From Candidatus Hydrogenedentota bacterium (GTDB taxonomy: Bacteria > Hydrogenedentota > Hydrogenedentia > Hydrogenedentales > SLHB01), in the NCBI GenBank assembly GCA_963674865.2, contig CAXXYE010000001.1, positions 320,001 through 384,000 of the forward strand: a DNA stretch of 64,000 nt, read 5' to 3'. The notes beneath the pieces are model-generated. The model had not been told where the DNA came from and did not search any database. It was given only the letters and a program-made list of their open reading frames with translations. Both the position numbers and the translations under genes were made by a program. Below, one piece after another: positions 38,110 to 48,730 of this stretch (positions are counted from its first letter, which is position 1; each line of letters starts with the position of its first letter).

Positions 38110-38862
38110 ATGTTCAAAGACAAGAAGCTCATCGTGGTCATGCCGGCGTACAATGCGGCCCAGACGTTGCGCCAAACCCATGAAGAAGTCCTGGCGCAAG
38201 GCATCGTGGATCACATTATCGTTGTCGACGACGCTAGCGTCGACGAAACTACCGCTATTGCCCGGAGTCTGCCGAAGACTACCGTCTTCACCCATGAGCG
38301 AAACCGAGGCTACGGCGGTAACCAGAAGACCTGCTACAAGCTCGCCCTCGCCATGGGCGGCGAGATCATCATCATGGTGCATCCCGACTATCAGTACACG
38401 CCGCAGCTCATCCCGGCCATGGCCTCGCTCATCGGCAATGGACTCTATCCCTGTGTGCTCGGCTCGCGGATTCTCGGGGGCCACGCGCTGCAAGGCGGCA
38501 TGCCCCTCTGGCGCTATGTATCGAATCGGTTCCTCACGCTCGCCGGCAATGTGCTGATGGGGGCCAAACTCTCCGAGTTTCACACCGGCTACCGGGCATT
38601 CTCACGCGATCTGCTCGACACCATCCCCTTTGAGGCGAATTCCGACGACTTCGTATTCGACAACCAGGTGCTGGCGGAGATTCTCTGGCAGGGGCGTATG
38701 ATAGGCGAAGTAAGTTGTCCCACGAAGTACTTCACGGAGGCCTCCTCCATCAATTTCCGGCGAAGTGTTCAATACGGCTTTGGCTGTCTGTGGACCGCCG
38801 CCGTGTATCGCCTCGCGAGAATGGGTTTGGCAAGATCCAGACTCTTCTCCAAGAGCGGATAA
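38110..38862 (+). CDS. GT2 glycosyltransferase, polyprenol-phosphate sugar synthase (DPM-like)
   Basis: VVMPAYNA, VDDAS.D, NRGYGGNQKT, HPDYQY, LGSR, SEFHTGYRAF. Confidence 0.9.
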   Translation: MFKDKKLIVVMPAYNAAQTLRQTHEEVLAQGIVDHIIVVDDASVDETTAIARSLPKTTVFTHERNRGYGGNQKTCYKLALAMGGEIIIMVHPDYQYTPQLIPAMASLIGNGLYPCVLGSRILGGHALQGGMPLWRYVSNRFLTLAGNVLMGAKLSEFHTGYRAFSRDLLDTIPFEANSDDFVFDNQVLAEILWQGRMIGEVSCPTKYFTEASSINFRRSVQYGFGCLWTAAVYRLARMGLARSRLFSKSG

Positions 38863-38872
38863 CTCTCTGAGC

Positions 38873-40615
38873 ATGCATGCCAACAGCGGCGCCTCGGGCA
38901 GCCCACGTCCCGCCTTCTGGGTGGCCCTGTTCCTTGTCCTTCTATGTTTGGGGGCCTTCTGGCCGGTATTCCGGTACGGCTTCATTGCCATCTATGACGA
39001 CGACCTCTACGTCACGGAGCGGCCGGAAGTTCAGGCCGGGCTCAGTCCCTCCGGTGTGGTTTGGGCCTTCACGACCACGGCGGCCTACAACTGGCACCCC
39101 TTGACGTGGCTCTCCCACATGCTGGACTGTGAGCTATACGGCCTGAACGCCGCCGGCCATCATACATCCAGTATCTTGATCCACGCGGCGAATGCAGTGC
39201 TGCTATTCCTTGTATTGGCGCGCATGACAAAGGCCGTCTGGCCGAGCGCGTGGGTGGCGGCACTATTTGCAGTCCATCCCCTGCACGTCGAATCCGTCGC
39301 ATGGATCGCCGAGCGCAAGGATGTCCTGAGCACCCTTTTTGCGCTCCTGGCGATGGCAGCCTACGCTCGGTACGCTGCCCGCCCCTCCATCCGGTGGTAC
39401 ATGGTTGTCGTTGCCGGTTTGGCGTTGAGCCTCATGGCGAAGGCTATGTTTGTGACGTTGCCCCTACTTCTACTGCTGCTGGATCTCTGGCCGCTGCGGA
39501 GGTTCACTTCTGACGGCGTTTCGGAGGGCAGTGCGCTTCGGCGGGCCGGACGTCTTGTGCTCGAGAAGGCGCCGCTCCTCGCGCTATCCGCACTCTCCTC
39601 GCTCGTGGCGGTGCTGACGCAGCGCCACGGGGGCGCGATGCAGACCCTTGAGCGGTTTCCACTTGGCGTGCGCCTGAGCAACGCGGCCGTCGCCTATGTC
39701 GCCTATATCGCCAAGACAATTTGGCCGGCGGGATTGGCCGTCTACTATCCCCATCCGCAAAACGCCCTTCCAATATGGCAAGTGGCTGGCTCGGCAGGCC
39801 TTCTCGCGCTGGTGACGATTGCGGCCCTGACGTGTATTCGGACGCGGCCGTACCTCCTTACTGGCTGGCTCTGGTACCTTCTCACGCTGGCGCCCGTGAT
39901 CGGCATCATTCAGGTTGGCCAACAGGCCATGGCTGATCGCTACACCTACTTTCCCATTGTGGGCCTTTTCATCGGCGTGGCCTGGGGACTGGCAGAGAGC
40001 GTGGGCCGCCGAAGCGTGGGCCGCCAAGCGTTAGCCTGCTGCGGCGTGGCTCTTATCGGTGTCTTGAGCCTCGCGACGGTTTTCCAGGTGCGCCATTGGC
40101 AGAATGGCAGGACGCTCTTCGAGCAAGCAATTCGCGTTAACACAGATAATTCACTGGCCCATCGCAATCTGGCCATGTGGTTTGCTCGCCGGGGGCTATA
40201 CGATGCCGCGGAGGGACACCTGGAGCAAGCGTTGGACATTGACCCCGCCTACGTGGATGCCCATAACGCCCTTGGCATGGTGTTTCTTACGCAGGATAAA
40301 CTCGAGCCTGCGGCGGAGCATTTCGAGCGGGCGATCACGCTGGATCCGCACTACGCCGCGGCCCACAACAATCTGGGCGTGTCCCTTGTGCGTCTGGGCC
40401 GAAATGAGCAAGCCGAGGAGCAATTTGCGGTTGCTCTAGCGCTCGATCCCGATAACGCAGAGATGCACGCCAACTTCGCGGAAGCCCTCCAGAGAGAGGG
40501 CCGGTGGGACGAGGCTGCGGCCCACTTTGGAAGGGCGCTGCAACTGCGGCCCGGCTTGGCCGCAGCCCAAGCGGGACTCGAAAGATGTCGTGCCGAAGGA
40601 AGTCAGAGTCAGTGA
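38873..40615 (+). CDS. TMTC-like GT-C membrane glycosyltransferase with C-terminal TPRs (paralogue 1)
   Basis: YDDD loop, WHPLTWLSH, HPLHVESVAWIAERKD, MADRYTY, about 5 TPRs. Confidence 0.85.
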   Translation: MHANSGASGSPRPAFWVALFLVLLCLGAFWPVFRYGFIAIYDDDLYVTERPEVQAGLSPSGVVWAFTTTAAYNWHPLTWLSHMLDCELYGLNAAGHHTSSILIHAANAVLLFLVLARMTKAVWPSAWVAALFAVHPLHVESVAWIAERKDVLSTLFALLAMAAYARYAARPSIRWYMVVVAGLALSLMAKAMFVTLPLLLLLLDLWPLRRFTSDGVSEGSALRRAGRLVLEKAPLLALSALSSLVAVLTQRHGGAMQTLERFPLGVRLSNAAVAYVAYIAKTIWPAGLAVYYPHPQNALPIWQVAGSAGLLALVTIAALTCIRTRPYLLTGWLWYLLTLAPVIGIIQVGQQAMADRYTYFPIVGLFIGVAWGLAESVGRRSVGRQALACCGVALIGVLSLATVFQVRHWQNGRTLFEQAIRVNTDNSLAHRNLAMWFARRGLYDAAEGHLEQALDIDPAYVDAHNALGMVFLTQDKLEPAAEHFERAITLDPHYAAAHNNLGVSLVRLGRNEQAEEQFAVALALDPDNAEMHANFAEALQREGRWDEAAAHFGRALQLRPGLAAAQAGLERCRAEGSQSQ

Positions 40616-40630
40616 GAAAGCGTGCGGCAT

Positions 40631-42826
40631 ATGACGATTGAAGACGCCAAGAGTACGTGCCTCCACCCGGCGGGAAGTGAGCTCGAGCGGCGCCGTGCAG
40701 GCGTCATCTGCTTGGCCCTTTTCGTGCTTACGTTAGGCGTATTCTGGCCCGCGCTTCACGGCGACTTCCTGAGCTACGATGATGACGGCTTCGTCACCAA
40801 TAACCGCTACGTCTCCCGCGGTTTCACCAGCGAGGGATGGGCCTGGGCCTGGACCACCGGGCACTACGGCCTTTGGCATCCCCTCACGTGGCTCAGCCAC
40901 ATGCTCGACGCTGAACTCTACGGCCTGTATCCAGGCGGCCACCATGCAACGAGCCTCTTCATTCACGCCGCGAGCGTCGTGCTGTTATTTCTTTGGCTTC
41001 GCAATATGACGGGCGCCTTGTGGCGCAGCGCCTGTGTCGCGGCGCTCTTCGGCCTTCATCCACTTCGCGTCGAGTCGGTGGCATGGATCGCCGAGCGCAA
41101 AGATGTGCTTGGCGCGTTCTTCTGGATGCTCACTCTCTTGGCGTACGCGCGATATGCGGCAAGCCTCAAGAGCCGGGCGGGGGCAGGCCCAGGCGTCAAG
41201 GACCTCGCTCAGTCTGCCGAATCGAAACCCGTCTGGCTGCGGTATGTCGTGGTGGTTTTGTGCTTTGCCTTGGCGCTTCTTTCGAAAGCCACGGTGGTTA
41301 CCTTGCCTTGTGTCCTGCTTCTACTCGACTGCTGGCCGCTGAGGCGTCTTGATCTCAAGGAAGGCGACTTCAGGAAATTGGCGGAGGACGGGGCGAAATT
41401 GATCGGCGAAAAGGCGCCTCTCTTTGTCATGTCGGCGGCCGCCGTGCTCGTCAATGTGCTGGCCTCGCGACACTCCGGCGCTATGAGGCTCCTGAGTGGG
41501 CTTCCCAGGACTGCGCGCTTCGAGAATGCCTCGGTGTGCTACGTCAAGTATCTCAGCAAGATGTTCTGGCCAAGCCCCCTTGCCGTGTTCTACCCCCATC
41601 CACTCGATGCACTGCCTGCGTGGCAAGTGGCGAGTGCCTTGGCGCTGCTTCTCGGCGTGTCTGTTGGCGTGGTGCTGCTTGTGCGTCGGAGGCCCTACCT
41701 GTTTGTAGGCTGGTTCTGGTATGTGGGCGTGCTGGTGCCTACCGTCGGTTTTGTCCAGGCCGGGACTCAGGCCATGGCTGATCGCTATAGCTACTTGCCT
41801 TCCGTTGGCATCGCCCTCGCCGTCACTTGGGGCGCGTCCGACGTGCTTGGCGGCTCGCGGCCGGGCCGGGCCATTCTGTCGACATGTGCGGCACTGGCGC
41901 TCGTGGCTATGGCGGCAGGCACGCGGGCGCAATTGCTCTATTGGCGCGATACGGCTACGCTTTTTGAGCACACGCTCCGCGTGACGGAGAAGAATGCCGT
42001 TGCCCACAATAACTTCGGACGCGCCCTGTACCGGCAAGGGCGCTACGATGAAGCCGTCAAGCAGTTTCGCGCCGCATTGGCCATCCGGCCCGACCACCCC
42101 TGGGCGGCCTACAACATGGCCAACGCCCTTCTGGCCAAAGGAGACACGGACGCGGCCATTGCCGAGTACGACAAGGCCATCCCCCTTAATCCGGAGGCGG
42201 CTATTATCCGCATCAACCTCGGCAACGCCCTCTTGCAGAAGCACAATGTTGACGAGGCGATTACACGCTATGGCGAAGCCCTCGCGCTGGATCCGGATCA
42301 GTCCGGGGCGCACGCCAATCTGAGCGTCGCGCTTCTCCGGCAAGGCCATTCCGAGGAGGCGCTCGATCACGCGGCGGCCGCCTTGAGCCTCGATCCGAAG
42401 AGTGCCGATGCCCATCACGCCCTCGGGCGCGTTCTGGCCGCACAGGGCCGTATTCCCGAGGCAATAGAGCACTATGAGGAGTCCCTGGCGCTTTCGCCCG
42501 AGAACGCCCAGGCCCACAACGACTTGGGCAGCTTGTTGGCCCAACAAGGGCACTACGCCGAGGCCGGCAGCCATTTTGCCCGCGCCTTGGAGCTGATGCC
42601 GGACTACTACGCCGCGCTGGTGAACATGGCGATCTTACTCGAAATCGATGGGCAATGGGTGGCCGCCGCGGAGCACTTCGCGCACGCCTTGCGTCTTCGT
42701 CCGGACTCCGAGGCGGCCCGGGATGGCCTGCAGCGCGCGGAGGCGCAGAGGACGGAATCCGGCGCTGAGGGTGGCTCGATCGAGCAAGCGCCGGACTCGG
42801 AAAGCCCCGCGGTGGTGGAGCCCTGA
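40631..42826 (+). CDS. TMTC-like GT-C membrane glycosyltransferase with C-terminal TPRs (paralogue 2)
   Basis: YDDD loop, WHPLTWLSH, HPLRVESVAWIAERKD, MADRYSY, about 7 TPRs. Confidence 0.85.
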   Translation: MTIEDAKSTCLHPAGSELERRRAGVICLALFVLTLGVFWPALHGDFLSYDDDGFVTNNRYVSRGFTSEGWAWAWTTGHYGLWHPLTWLSHMLDAELYGLYPGGHHATSLFIHAASVVLLFLWLRNMTGALWRSACVAALFGLHPLRVESVAWIAERKDVLGAFFWMLTLLAYARYAASLKSRAGAGPGVKDLAQSAESKPVWLRYVVVVLCFALALLSKATVVTLPCVLLLLDCWPLRRLDLKEGDFRKLAEDGAKLIGEKAPLFVMSAAAVLVNVLASRHSGAMRLLSGLPRTARFENASVCYVKYLSKMFWPSPLAVFYPHPLDALPAWQVASALALLLGVSVGVVLLVRRRPYLFVGWFWYVGVLVPTVGFVQAGTQAMADRYSYLPSVGIALAVTWGASDVLGGSRPGRAILSTCAALALVAMAAGTRAQLLYWRDTATLFEHTLRVTEKNAVAHNNFGRALYRQGRYDEAVKQFRAALAIRPDHPWAAYNMANALLAKGDTDAAIAEYDKAIPLNPEAAIIRINLGNALLQKHNVDEAITRYGEALALDPDQSGAHANLSVALLRQGHSEEALDHAAAALSLDPKSADAHHALGRVLAAQGRIPEAIEHYEESLALSPENAQAHNDLGSLLAQQGHYAEAGSHFARALELMPDYYAALVNMAILLEIDGQWVAAAEHFAHALRLRPDSEAARDGLQRAEAQRTESGAEGGSIEQAPDSESPAVVEP

Positions 42827-42827
42827 C

Positions 42828-43595
42828 GTGGCAAAGAGCGCGCCAAACCGGTTTCAAACCTTCTTCGGAGAGGGCAAGTACCTCGTTCTTAAGAACCACC
42901 TCTACAACTACTTGCTCCGGAAGCGTGCCATCACCCGCGCCCTCGAGGAAGAGGCTCCCGCGCTCGTCCTTGAGGTGGGCAGCGGCATCTCGCCGATAGT
43001 GACGGATATGGAGCGGGTCGTCTATTCCGAACTGTCGCCGAAGGCGTTGCTGACGCTCAAGGAGGCCTTCGGGACGGGCGCCCACGTGGCCGCCGATGCC
43101 GCCCGCTTGCCCTTCGCGGATGGGGCGTTCTCCCATACCATCTGTTCAGAGGTGCTGGAGCACATCGAGGATGATCGGCGTGTGCTGCGAGAACTCGCCC
43201 GCGTCATGCAACCATCAGGCAAACTCGTCATCACGTTTCCCCACCGGAAGTTCTACTTCTTTGGGGATGATCGATTTGTGCGTCATATTCGCCGCTACGA
43301 ATTGGACGACATGCTCGCCCGATTGAAGGAGGTCGGCCTCGAGCCGCTTTACGTGCGCAAGATCCTGGGGCCTCTTGAGAAGTTTCTCATGACGGCGATA
43401 GTCATTTGCTACGCCATCATCCAGAAAGGGCGTCCAGCTACCGCGGAGAGCCAACCGCCCTCCGGCTTGGGGGGCGTGGGGACGTGGCTCTTCAAATGGC
43501 TCAATCGATGTCTCGCGATTCTGGTTTGGCTAGATGCCCGGATGATGCCCCGGGCGCTGGCGAGCGGCTTACTCATCGTCGCGTCCAAGTCGTAA
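42828..43595 (+). CDS. Class I SAM-dependent methyltransferase
   Basis: VLEVGSG, ADAARLPF, SEVLEHI, RVMQPSG. GTG start 1 nt after the upstream stop. Confidence 0.85.
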   Translation: MAKSAPNRFQTFFGEGKYLVLKNHLYNYLLRKRAITRALEEEAPALVLEVGSGISPIVTDMERVVYSELSPKALLTLKEAFGTGAHVAADAARLPFADGAFSHTICSEVLEHIEDDRRVLRELARVMQPSGKLVITFPHRKFYFFGDDRFVRHIRRYELDDMLARLKEVGLEPLYVRKILGPLEKFLMTAIVICYAIIQKGRPATAESQPPSGLGGVGTWLFKWLNRCLAILVWLDARMMPRALASGLLIVASKS

Positions 43596-43640
43596 CCCTA
43601 CGCCACGGAACGGTATACAACCTGAGTCGACAAATGAGGT

Positions 43641-43670
43641 TTGCCGGTGTCTCGCTGTCGAGCGTATAAT
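43641..43670 (+). promoter_or_regulatory. Possible sigma70 promoter of nadE
   Basis: TTGCCG-N18-TATAAT, followed by AAGGAGG RBS and ATG at 43694. Confidence 0.5.
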
Positions 43671-43693
43671 GATCTGTCTGAAGGAGGACGGTT

Positions 43694-45635
43694 ATGAGGC
43701 TGGTTCGGATAGGTGTCGCGGCTGTTTCGGTGAAGGTCGGCGACTTCGCCGGGAATGTGTCGCGGCTCGCGGAGGTCGTTGCCGCCGCTGGGGACGAAGG
43801 CGTGGACCTGCTGGTGACGCCGGAGCTGGCCATCTCCGGCTACAGCCTCGAGGATCGCGTGTGGTGGCCCGACATCGCGCGCCGGAGCTGGGATCGCCTG
43901 CTCGAACTCGCCGAAGCCTGCCGGGGCATCACGGCTTTTTTTCGGACTTCCCGTGCATCGGGACGCCATGATGTATAACGCTGCGGCCCTCGTCCACAAT
44001 GGGCAGGTTCGGGGCCTGATTCTCAAGAAGTTTCTCCCTACCTATAGCATCTTCTACGAGGGCCGGAATTGGACGGCCTGGCGGCAAGGTGTCACGACGA
44101 TCAACGGCGTACCGGCGGGCGACCTCGTCTTCCGCCTGCCCTTCGGCGCGGTTAGTGCCGAGATCTGTGAAGACCTCTGGGCGGCGGACTCGCCCGCGCG
44201 CGCGCGTGTGGCGGCGGGGGCCGAGATCATCTGCAACGGCAGCGCCTCACCCTTTACCCCCCGCAAGAATCAGCAACGCCGCCGCCTTGTCCTCGGTGTC
44301 GCGGAGAATCTGGCGTGCGTGTATGCCTACGCGAATCTGCTCGGATGCGACAGCAGCAGGCTCGTGTTCGACGGCGGCGGCATTATCGCCTCGCCCGCGG
44401 GCATCATCGCCGAAGGCGACCTGCTCTCGAAATCGTACTGGACACTCGCCAAGGGCGTCGTCGACCTGGATCATATCACCCGTGTCCGCGCCGAGAATAG
44501 CACCTGGCGTCAGAACGCCGCGTCGGGCGATGACGCGTCTCCCACAGCCACGATCGATCTCGCCCAAAATGTTCGTGCCCCGGCGCCTCCCAACGGCGCC
44601 GACCTCGCCGAATACGTGGGCCAGTTGCCAGCGGACCTATTTGTCGCCGAATCGGCGTCTACCTGCGACGAGACGACGGCTTATCTGGATGAGTTGTTTG
44701 ACGCCCTTGTGTTGGGACTCCGGGACTACTTCGAGAAGGTTGGAATCTTCAAGCGCTTCTTGGTGGCCGTCTCCGGTGGACGCGATAGCGCCTTGTGCCT
44801 TCTGCTTGCTGTACACGCGGCGAGATCGCTCGGAGGCAGTGAGAGCAGGGAAGCTGACGCCAACAAGGTATGGACGGTTTACCTGCCCAATCAGAAGTTC
44901 AGCAGCGCCGCCACCGAGCAGGCCGCCCGGGCATTGACGGAGGAACTGGGCGTCAGTTTCAAGGTCGTCGCCATTGCCGAGGAGGCCAAGGTCGCGCTCG
45001 ACAAGGCTGCCGAACTGATGGGCGGCGAAGACAAAGTGACCCCGCTGGCCCGGCAGAACCTTCAGGCCCGCGTACGCGGCAACATGATGCTGAATTGGGC
45101 CAACAGCGCCGCGGCGCTTCTCTTGGTAACCTCCAACCTAAGCGAGGCCGCCGTGGGCTACTCGACCACGGGCGGCGACAACCAGGGGGGATATGCTCCC
45201 ATCGCCAATATCCCCAAGACCGTTGTTACGAGACTCCTCGAACATATTGCCAAACGGGACGGGATCAATGGCATTGACGCCGTTCTTGCCTTGCCGCCAA
45301 GCGCCGAACTGGCCCCGGATCAGCAGGACGAAACCGACCTGATGCCTTACGTCATTCTGGACGACCTGCTCTATCTCTTCGCGCGCCGCCGCTTGGCGCT
45401 GCCGGATTGCTGGCGCGTGCTCTGTCAGCGCCACAAGGATGCGGAGCCCGAGCAATTGCGTGAATGGACCGCGCGGTTTGGCCGCCTTTTCGCCGCGAGC
45501 CAGTGGAAACGCGAGCAATTGCCCGTGGCAATGAAGATCATGGATCTCGACCTCGACCCGAAAACGGGCTTCCGATTCCCCGTGACGCAAAGCATGCAGG
45601 ACGAGTTGGACGAGTTGGCCTCGGCCGAGCTGTAG
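43694..45635 (+). CDS. nadE: Glutamine-dependent NAD(+) synthetase, split by a +1 frameshift in a T7 run (43936-43942)
   Basis: Nitrilase-type glutaminase domain (PELAISGY, K..LPTY..FYE, EICEDLW) plus synthetase domain (SGGRDS, QNLQARVR, PSAEL...QQDE). Removing one T fuses the two ORFs. Confidence 0.9.
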
Positions 45636-45780
45636 ATGGTGTCTACAAGATCCCGACTCCGGCGGCCTGTTCTCGCTTCGGTAGAGGTCGCTTTGCTGGG
45701 CCGGGATCTCCCATGGATAGCGCGTTTTCTTGTGGGGACTCTTGTTGCCGGACGGGATTGAGCCGCAAGAGAGGGAGGCT

Positions 45781-47532
45781 ATGAACCAGTCGAACAACGA
45801 GTGCCAGGCGCCGAATGGAACATCCTGTGTCTTCCGCAATTCTGTTCTCTGGCCGCCCTTTGCGGCCTTGGCATTGGCAACGCTGATCGTGAGTCCCGTG
45901 GCCGACTTCCCTCTGCACGATGACTGGATCTACGCCAAGATCGTCCGTGGCCTTGTCACGGAGCACCGCTACATCCCGCATTCCTTCGCCGCTCCAATGG
46001 CCGTTACGCACATTGCTTGGGGCGCATTATTCACCTCTGTGTTCGGCCTGAGCTACACCGTGCTGCGGTTATCGACGCTCGTCCTGGCGGGTGTGGCCTT
46101 GTGGGCGACGGCGCGATGCGGCTTGGAGCGGCGTCTATCCCATTGGCTGGCCCTGCTCTGTGCGGCGGTTTTGCTATGCAACCCGATCTTTTTCAATCTG
46201 GCCTATACCTACATGACGGATGTGCCGTTTCTCGCGCCGCTAATCCTGGCGGGACTCTTCTATATGCGAGCCCTCCGCCTCGGGCGTGCGGGCGACGTCG
46301 CGCTCGGTAGCCTGTTCGCGGTATTGGCCGCATCCATCCGCCAGTTCGGCGTATTTGTCTCGCTGGCCTACGCATCGACGGCGGCGCTGCTCTGGCTGTG
46401 CCGAAGGCGAGCCGTACGCCCCGCCGAGGTAGGCGCCTTTGCAGCGCCGTGGCTCGCGGGACTCCTCCTCTTCCTCTTTCTCCCGGATTCGGGCCAGCGC
46501 TCACCGGCCTTGGCGGACTTTTCGGAATTCAGTGTCGCTGCGGCGCTATTCGACACCTTGTGGTTTCTCGCCGCCGCGGCCACGTACTTGGGCCTGTTCA
46601 TGCTGCCACTTACCTGCGCTCGCGGGATCCAGCTTCTGGCACGCCGCGCTCGATGGACCTACCGCCAGTGGATCGCCTTTCCGTGGGTGTGTATCTTCAT
46701 CTTCGCTGGCCTGTGCAAGCTCCGCGAACTCAAGATGCTTTGGATGCGGCCCATGCCGGTACTCGGCACCATCCTCTACGACTTAGGCACGGGATGGATT
46801 AGCCAGCCTGAGATCCATCTCATGAGGCAGGATCAATGGACCCCCGTCAACATCGGCCCCTGGTGGTGGCTCATCACTTTCCTCGCCATCGGCTCCGCGG
46901 CCGTGCTTTTCGTCGACATCGTTCCCAGGCTCTTGCGCCCTCTGTTTCGCCGCGGCGCCGCGACGCAGAATGATACATCTTCTGATACCGACACAGCCCA
47001 GGAGCTGTTCCTGTTCTTCTGGGGAGTGGCATTCCTGGCGGCGCCCTACCACATCCTAATGCGGGCGACCTTCGATCGGTACTTCCTACCCGCCGTTCCG
47101 CCTTTTGCCATCCTCTGCGCGCGCTCCCTGGGATCGGTGCCAAAACGCCGCCCCATCGCCGCGGCCTGGATGGTGTGCGCCTTGGCGTTCACCTTCTCGC
47201 TGGCGGGTGTGCAGGATTACCTGGCATGGAACCGGGCGAAATGGCAGGCCATCGCCCATCTCACAAACGAGCTGAAAGTCCCGGTGGGCCAGATTGACGG
47301 TGGATTCGAGTACAACGGCGTGTATACGAGTGAGGCGTATCAAGAAGCCACGGGCACGCATGCCTTCCATGAATGGGGGAACCTAGGCTACTGGATTCTC
47401 GACAATGCCTACGTAGTGGCGTTCAAACCCCGCGAAGGCTACGCGGAAATCAGCCGCGTTCCCTATTTCTCGTGGCTGGGCATGAAGACGCGCCACTTGC
47501 TTGTGCTCAAACGCGACGAGACACCCCCGTAA
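45781..47532 (+). CDS. GT39/PMT-like (GT-C fold) membrane glycosyltransferase
   Basis: FPLHDDWIY acidic loop, YMTDVP, IRQ, FDRY, many TM helices. Confidence 0.75.
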   Translation: MNQSNNECQAPNGTSCVFRNSVLWPPFAALALATLIVSPVADFPLHDDWIYAKIVRGLVTEHRYIPHSFAAPMAVTHIAWGALFTSVFGLSYTVLRLSTLVLAGVALWATARCGLERRLSHWLALLCAAVLLCNPIFFNLAYTYMTDVPFLAPLILAGLFYMRALRLGRAGDVALGSLFAVLAASIRQFGVFVSLAYASTAALLWLCRRRAVRPAEVGAFAAPWLAGLLLFLFLPDSGQRSPALADFSEFSVAAALFDTLWFLAAAATYLGLFMLPLTCARGIQLLARRARWTYRQWIAFPWVCIFIFAGLCKLRELKMLWMRPMPVLGTILYDLGTGWISQPEIHLMRQDQWTPVNIGPWWWLITFLAIGSAAVLFVDIVPRLLRPLFRRGAATQNDTSSDTDTAQELFLFFWGVAFLAAPYHILMRATFDRYFLPAVPPFAILCARSLGSVPKRRPIAAAWMVCALAFTFSLAGVQDYLAWNRAKWQAIAHLTNELKVPVGQIDGGFEYNGVYTSEAYQEATGTHAFHEWGNLGYWILDNAYVVAFKPREGYAEISRVPYFSWLGMKTRHLLVLKRDETPP

Positions 47533-48573
47533 TCACCGCCACCCATATTCATAGCCCGTTTCGTACATGGCCACGATGTTTTCCGGCGGGCTGACGGCCT
47601 GGATGTTATGGCAGGGCGCCAAAATGTAGCCGCCTCCCGCGCCGAGGATACGGTAGTTGTCCAATACTTCTTGGCGCACTTCCTCAACGCTTCCGAAGGG
47701 CAGCGTGTACTGATTGTCCATGGCGCCGTGAAAAACCAGTTTGTCGCCGAAGTCCCGCTTCAGCCCTTCGCGCTCCATCCCCGGGCAGCGCCATTGAACC
47801 GGATTCAGTACCTCGATGCCCGTCTCGATCAAGTCGGGGAGAATATCCCTGGCCGCGCCGTCGGTGTGGTGGAACACGTGCGAGCCGTGTTGTTTGGTGA
47901 GGTCCATCATGCGCTTCATACGGGGCAGGAGGAACTCGCGGATGTGCTCGGGGGCGTACAGCAGCTTATCTTGCCCGCCTAGGTCCTCCGCCACGTAGGT
48001 GATGGCCACCTGGCCGGGAATCATCTCGAAAATCCGCAGCGTGGACTGGTAGGCGAGTTCAAACAGCTTATCCAGGCAATAGTGCACAATCTCCGGATTG
48101 ACGAGCAGATCCATGAACGCCTGCTGATCGCCCCGCAGGTTCTTATACAGCAGGAAGGGCTCCGAGCCGCCGCCGCGAATGACGCGATGCTCCTTGCCCT
48201 CGACTTCGCCGGCGAGATGATCGTACGCCCAATGATCCGGACTGGGCCACGCATATCCGGCTTCGATCTCTTCGACGGAGGCGAACTGCGCCAGAGGCGA
48301 CGTGACGGCCTCGTTGTAGATCCCTGTGCCGTAATCGATCTCGCGATACGAGATTCCCCAGATGTCTTTACCTTCCTCCGGCGGCGGCCCGGCATATCGC
48401 CCGCCCACGCCCAACGGCGGATCGATGTGCAGCCGTGCGCAGACCTCGTCGAAATCGCAGCCGAGGTGCGCGCACAGTTTCTCCGTCGCTTCCGGCGTCC
48501 CCCAATAATCCATCGGCACGCGATCCGGCGTCTCACAATTGAGCACGGCCAGCCACCGCTCACGGGGCGTCAT
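47533..48573 (-). CDS. Uroporphyrinogen decarboxylase (URO-D/MtaA)-like family protein
   Basis: MTPRER...PDRVP start, EDLGGQ, HHTDG, LNPVQ, GGGYILAPCHNIQ..PPENI. Confidence 0.85.
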   Translation of the reverse strand: MTPRERWLAVLNCETPDRVPMDYWGTPEATEKLCAHLGCDFDEVCARLHIDPPLGVGGRYAGPPPEEGKDIWGISYREIDYGTGIYNEAVTSPLAQFASVEEIEAGYAWPSPDHWAYDHLAGEVEGKEHRVIRGGGSEPFLLYKNLRGDQQAFMDLLVNPEIVHYCLDKLFELAYQSTLRIFEMIPGQVAITYVAEDLGGQDKLLYAPEHIREFLLPRMKRMMDLTKQHGSHVFHHTDGAARDILPDLIETGIEVLNPVQWRCPGMEREGLKRDFGDKLVFHGAMDNQYTLPFGSVEEVRQEVLDNYRILGAGGGYILAPCHNIQAVSPPENIVAMYETGYEYGWR

Positions 48574-48671
48574 AGTTTCCTTCGGCACAGGCTGCTCCTC
48601 CTCTGCTGGTAGAACGAGTCTCAATCGACGCTGCTTAGCGCCAAGCCAAGTCACACTTGCTACAGCGCAAG

Positions 48672-48730
48672 AAACGGGGACTGACACAAGAGAAGCGAAG
48701 CGCAGACATGTCTGTCCCTGGCTTTTCGCG
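48672..48730. repeat. Palindromic intergenic repeat GGGACTGACAC...TGTCTGTCCC (uninterrupted copy)
   Basis: Aligns with 33951-33994 joined to 34151-34164 once the inner MITE is removed. Confidence 0.8.

Noticed and set aside
41321..42574. Long antisense ORFs (this one, 59850-60950, 62061-63140, 30952-31983 and others)
   Set aside because: These are shadow ORFs expected opposite real genes in high-GC DNA, with no recognisable motifs.
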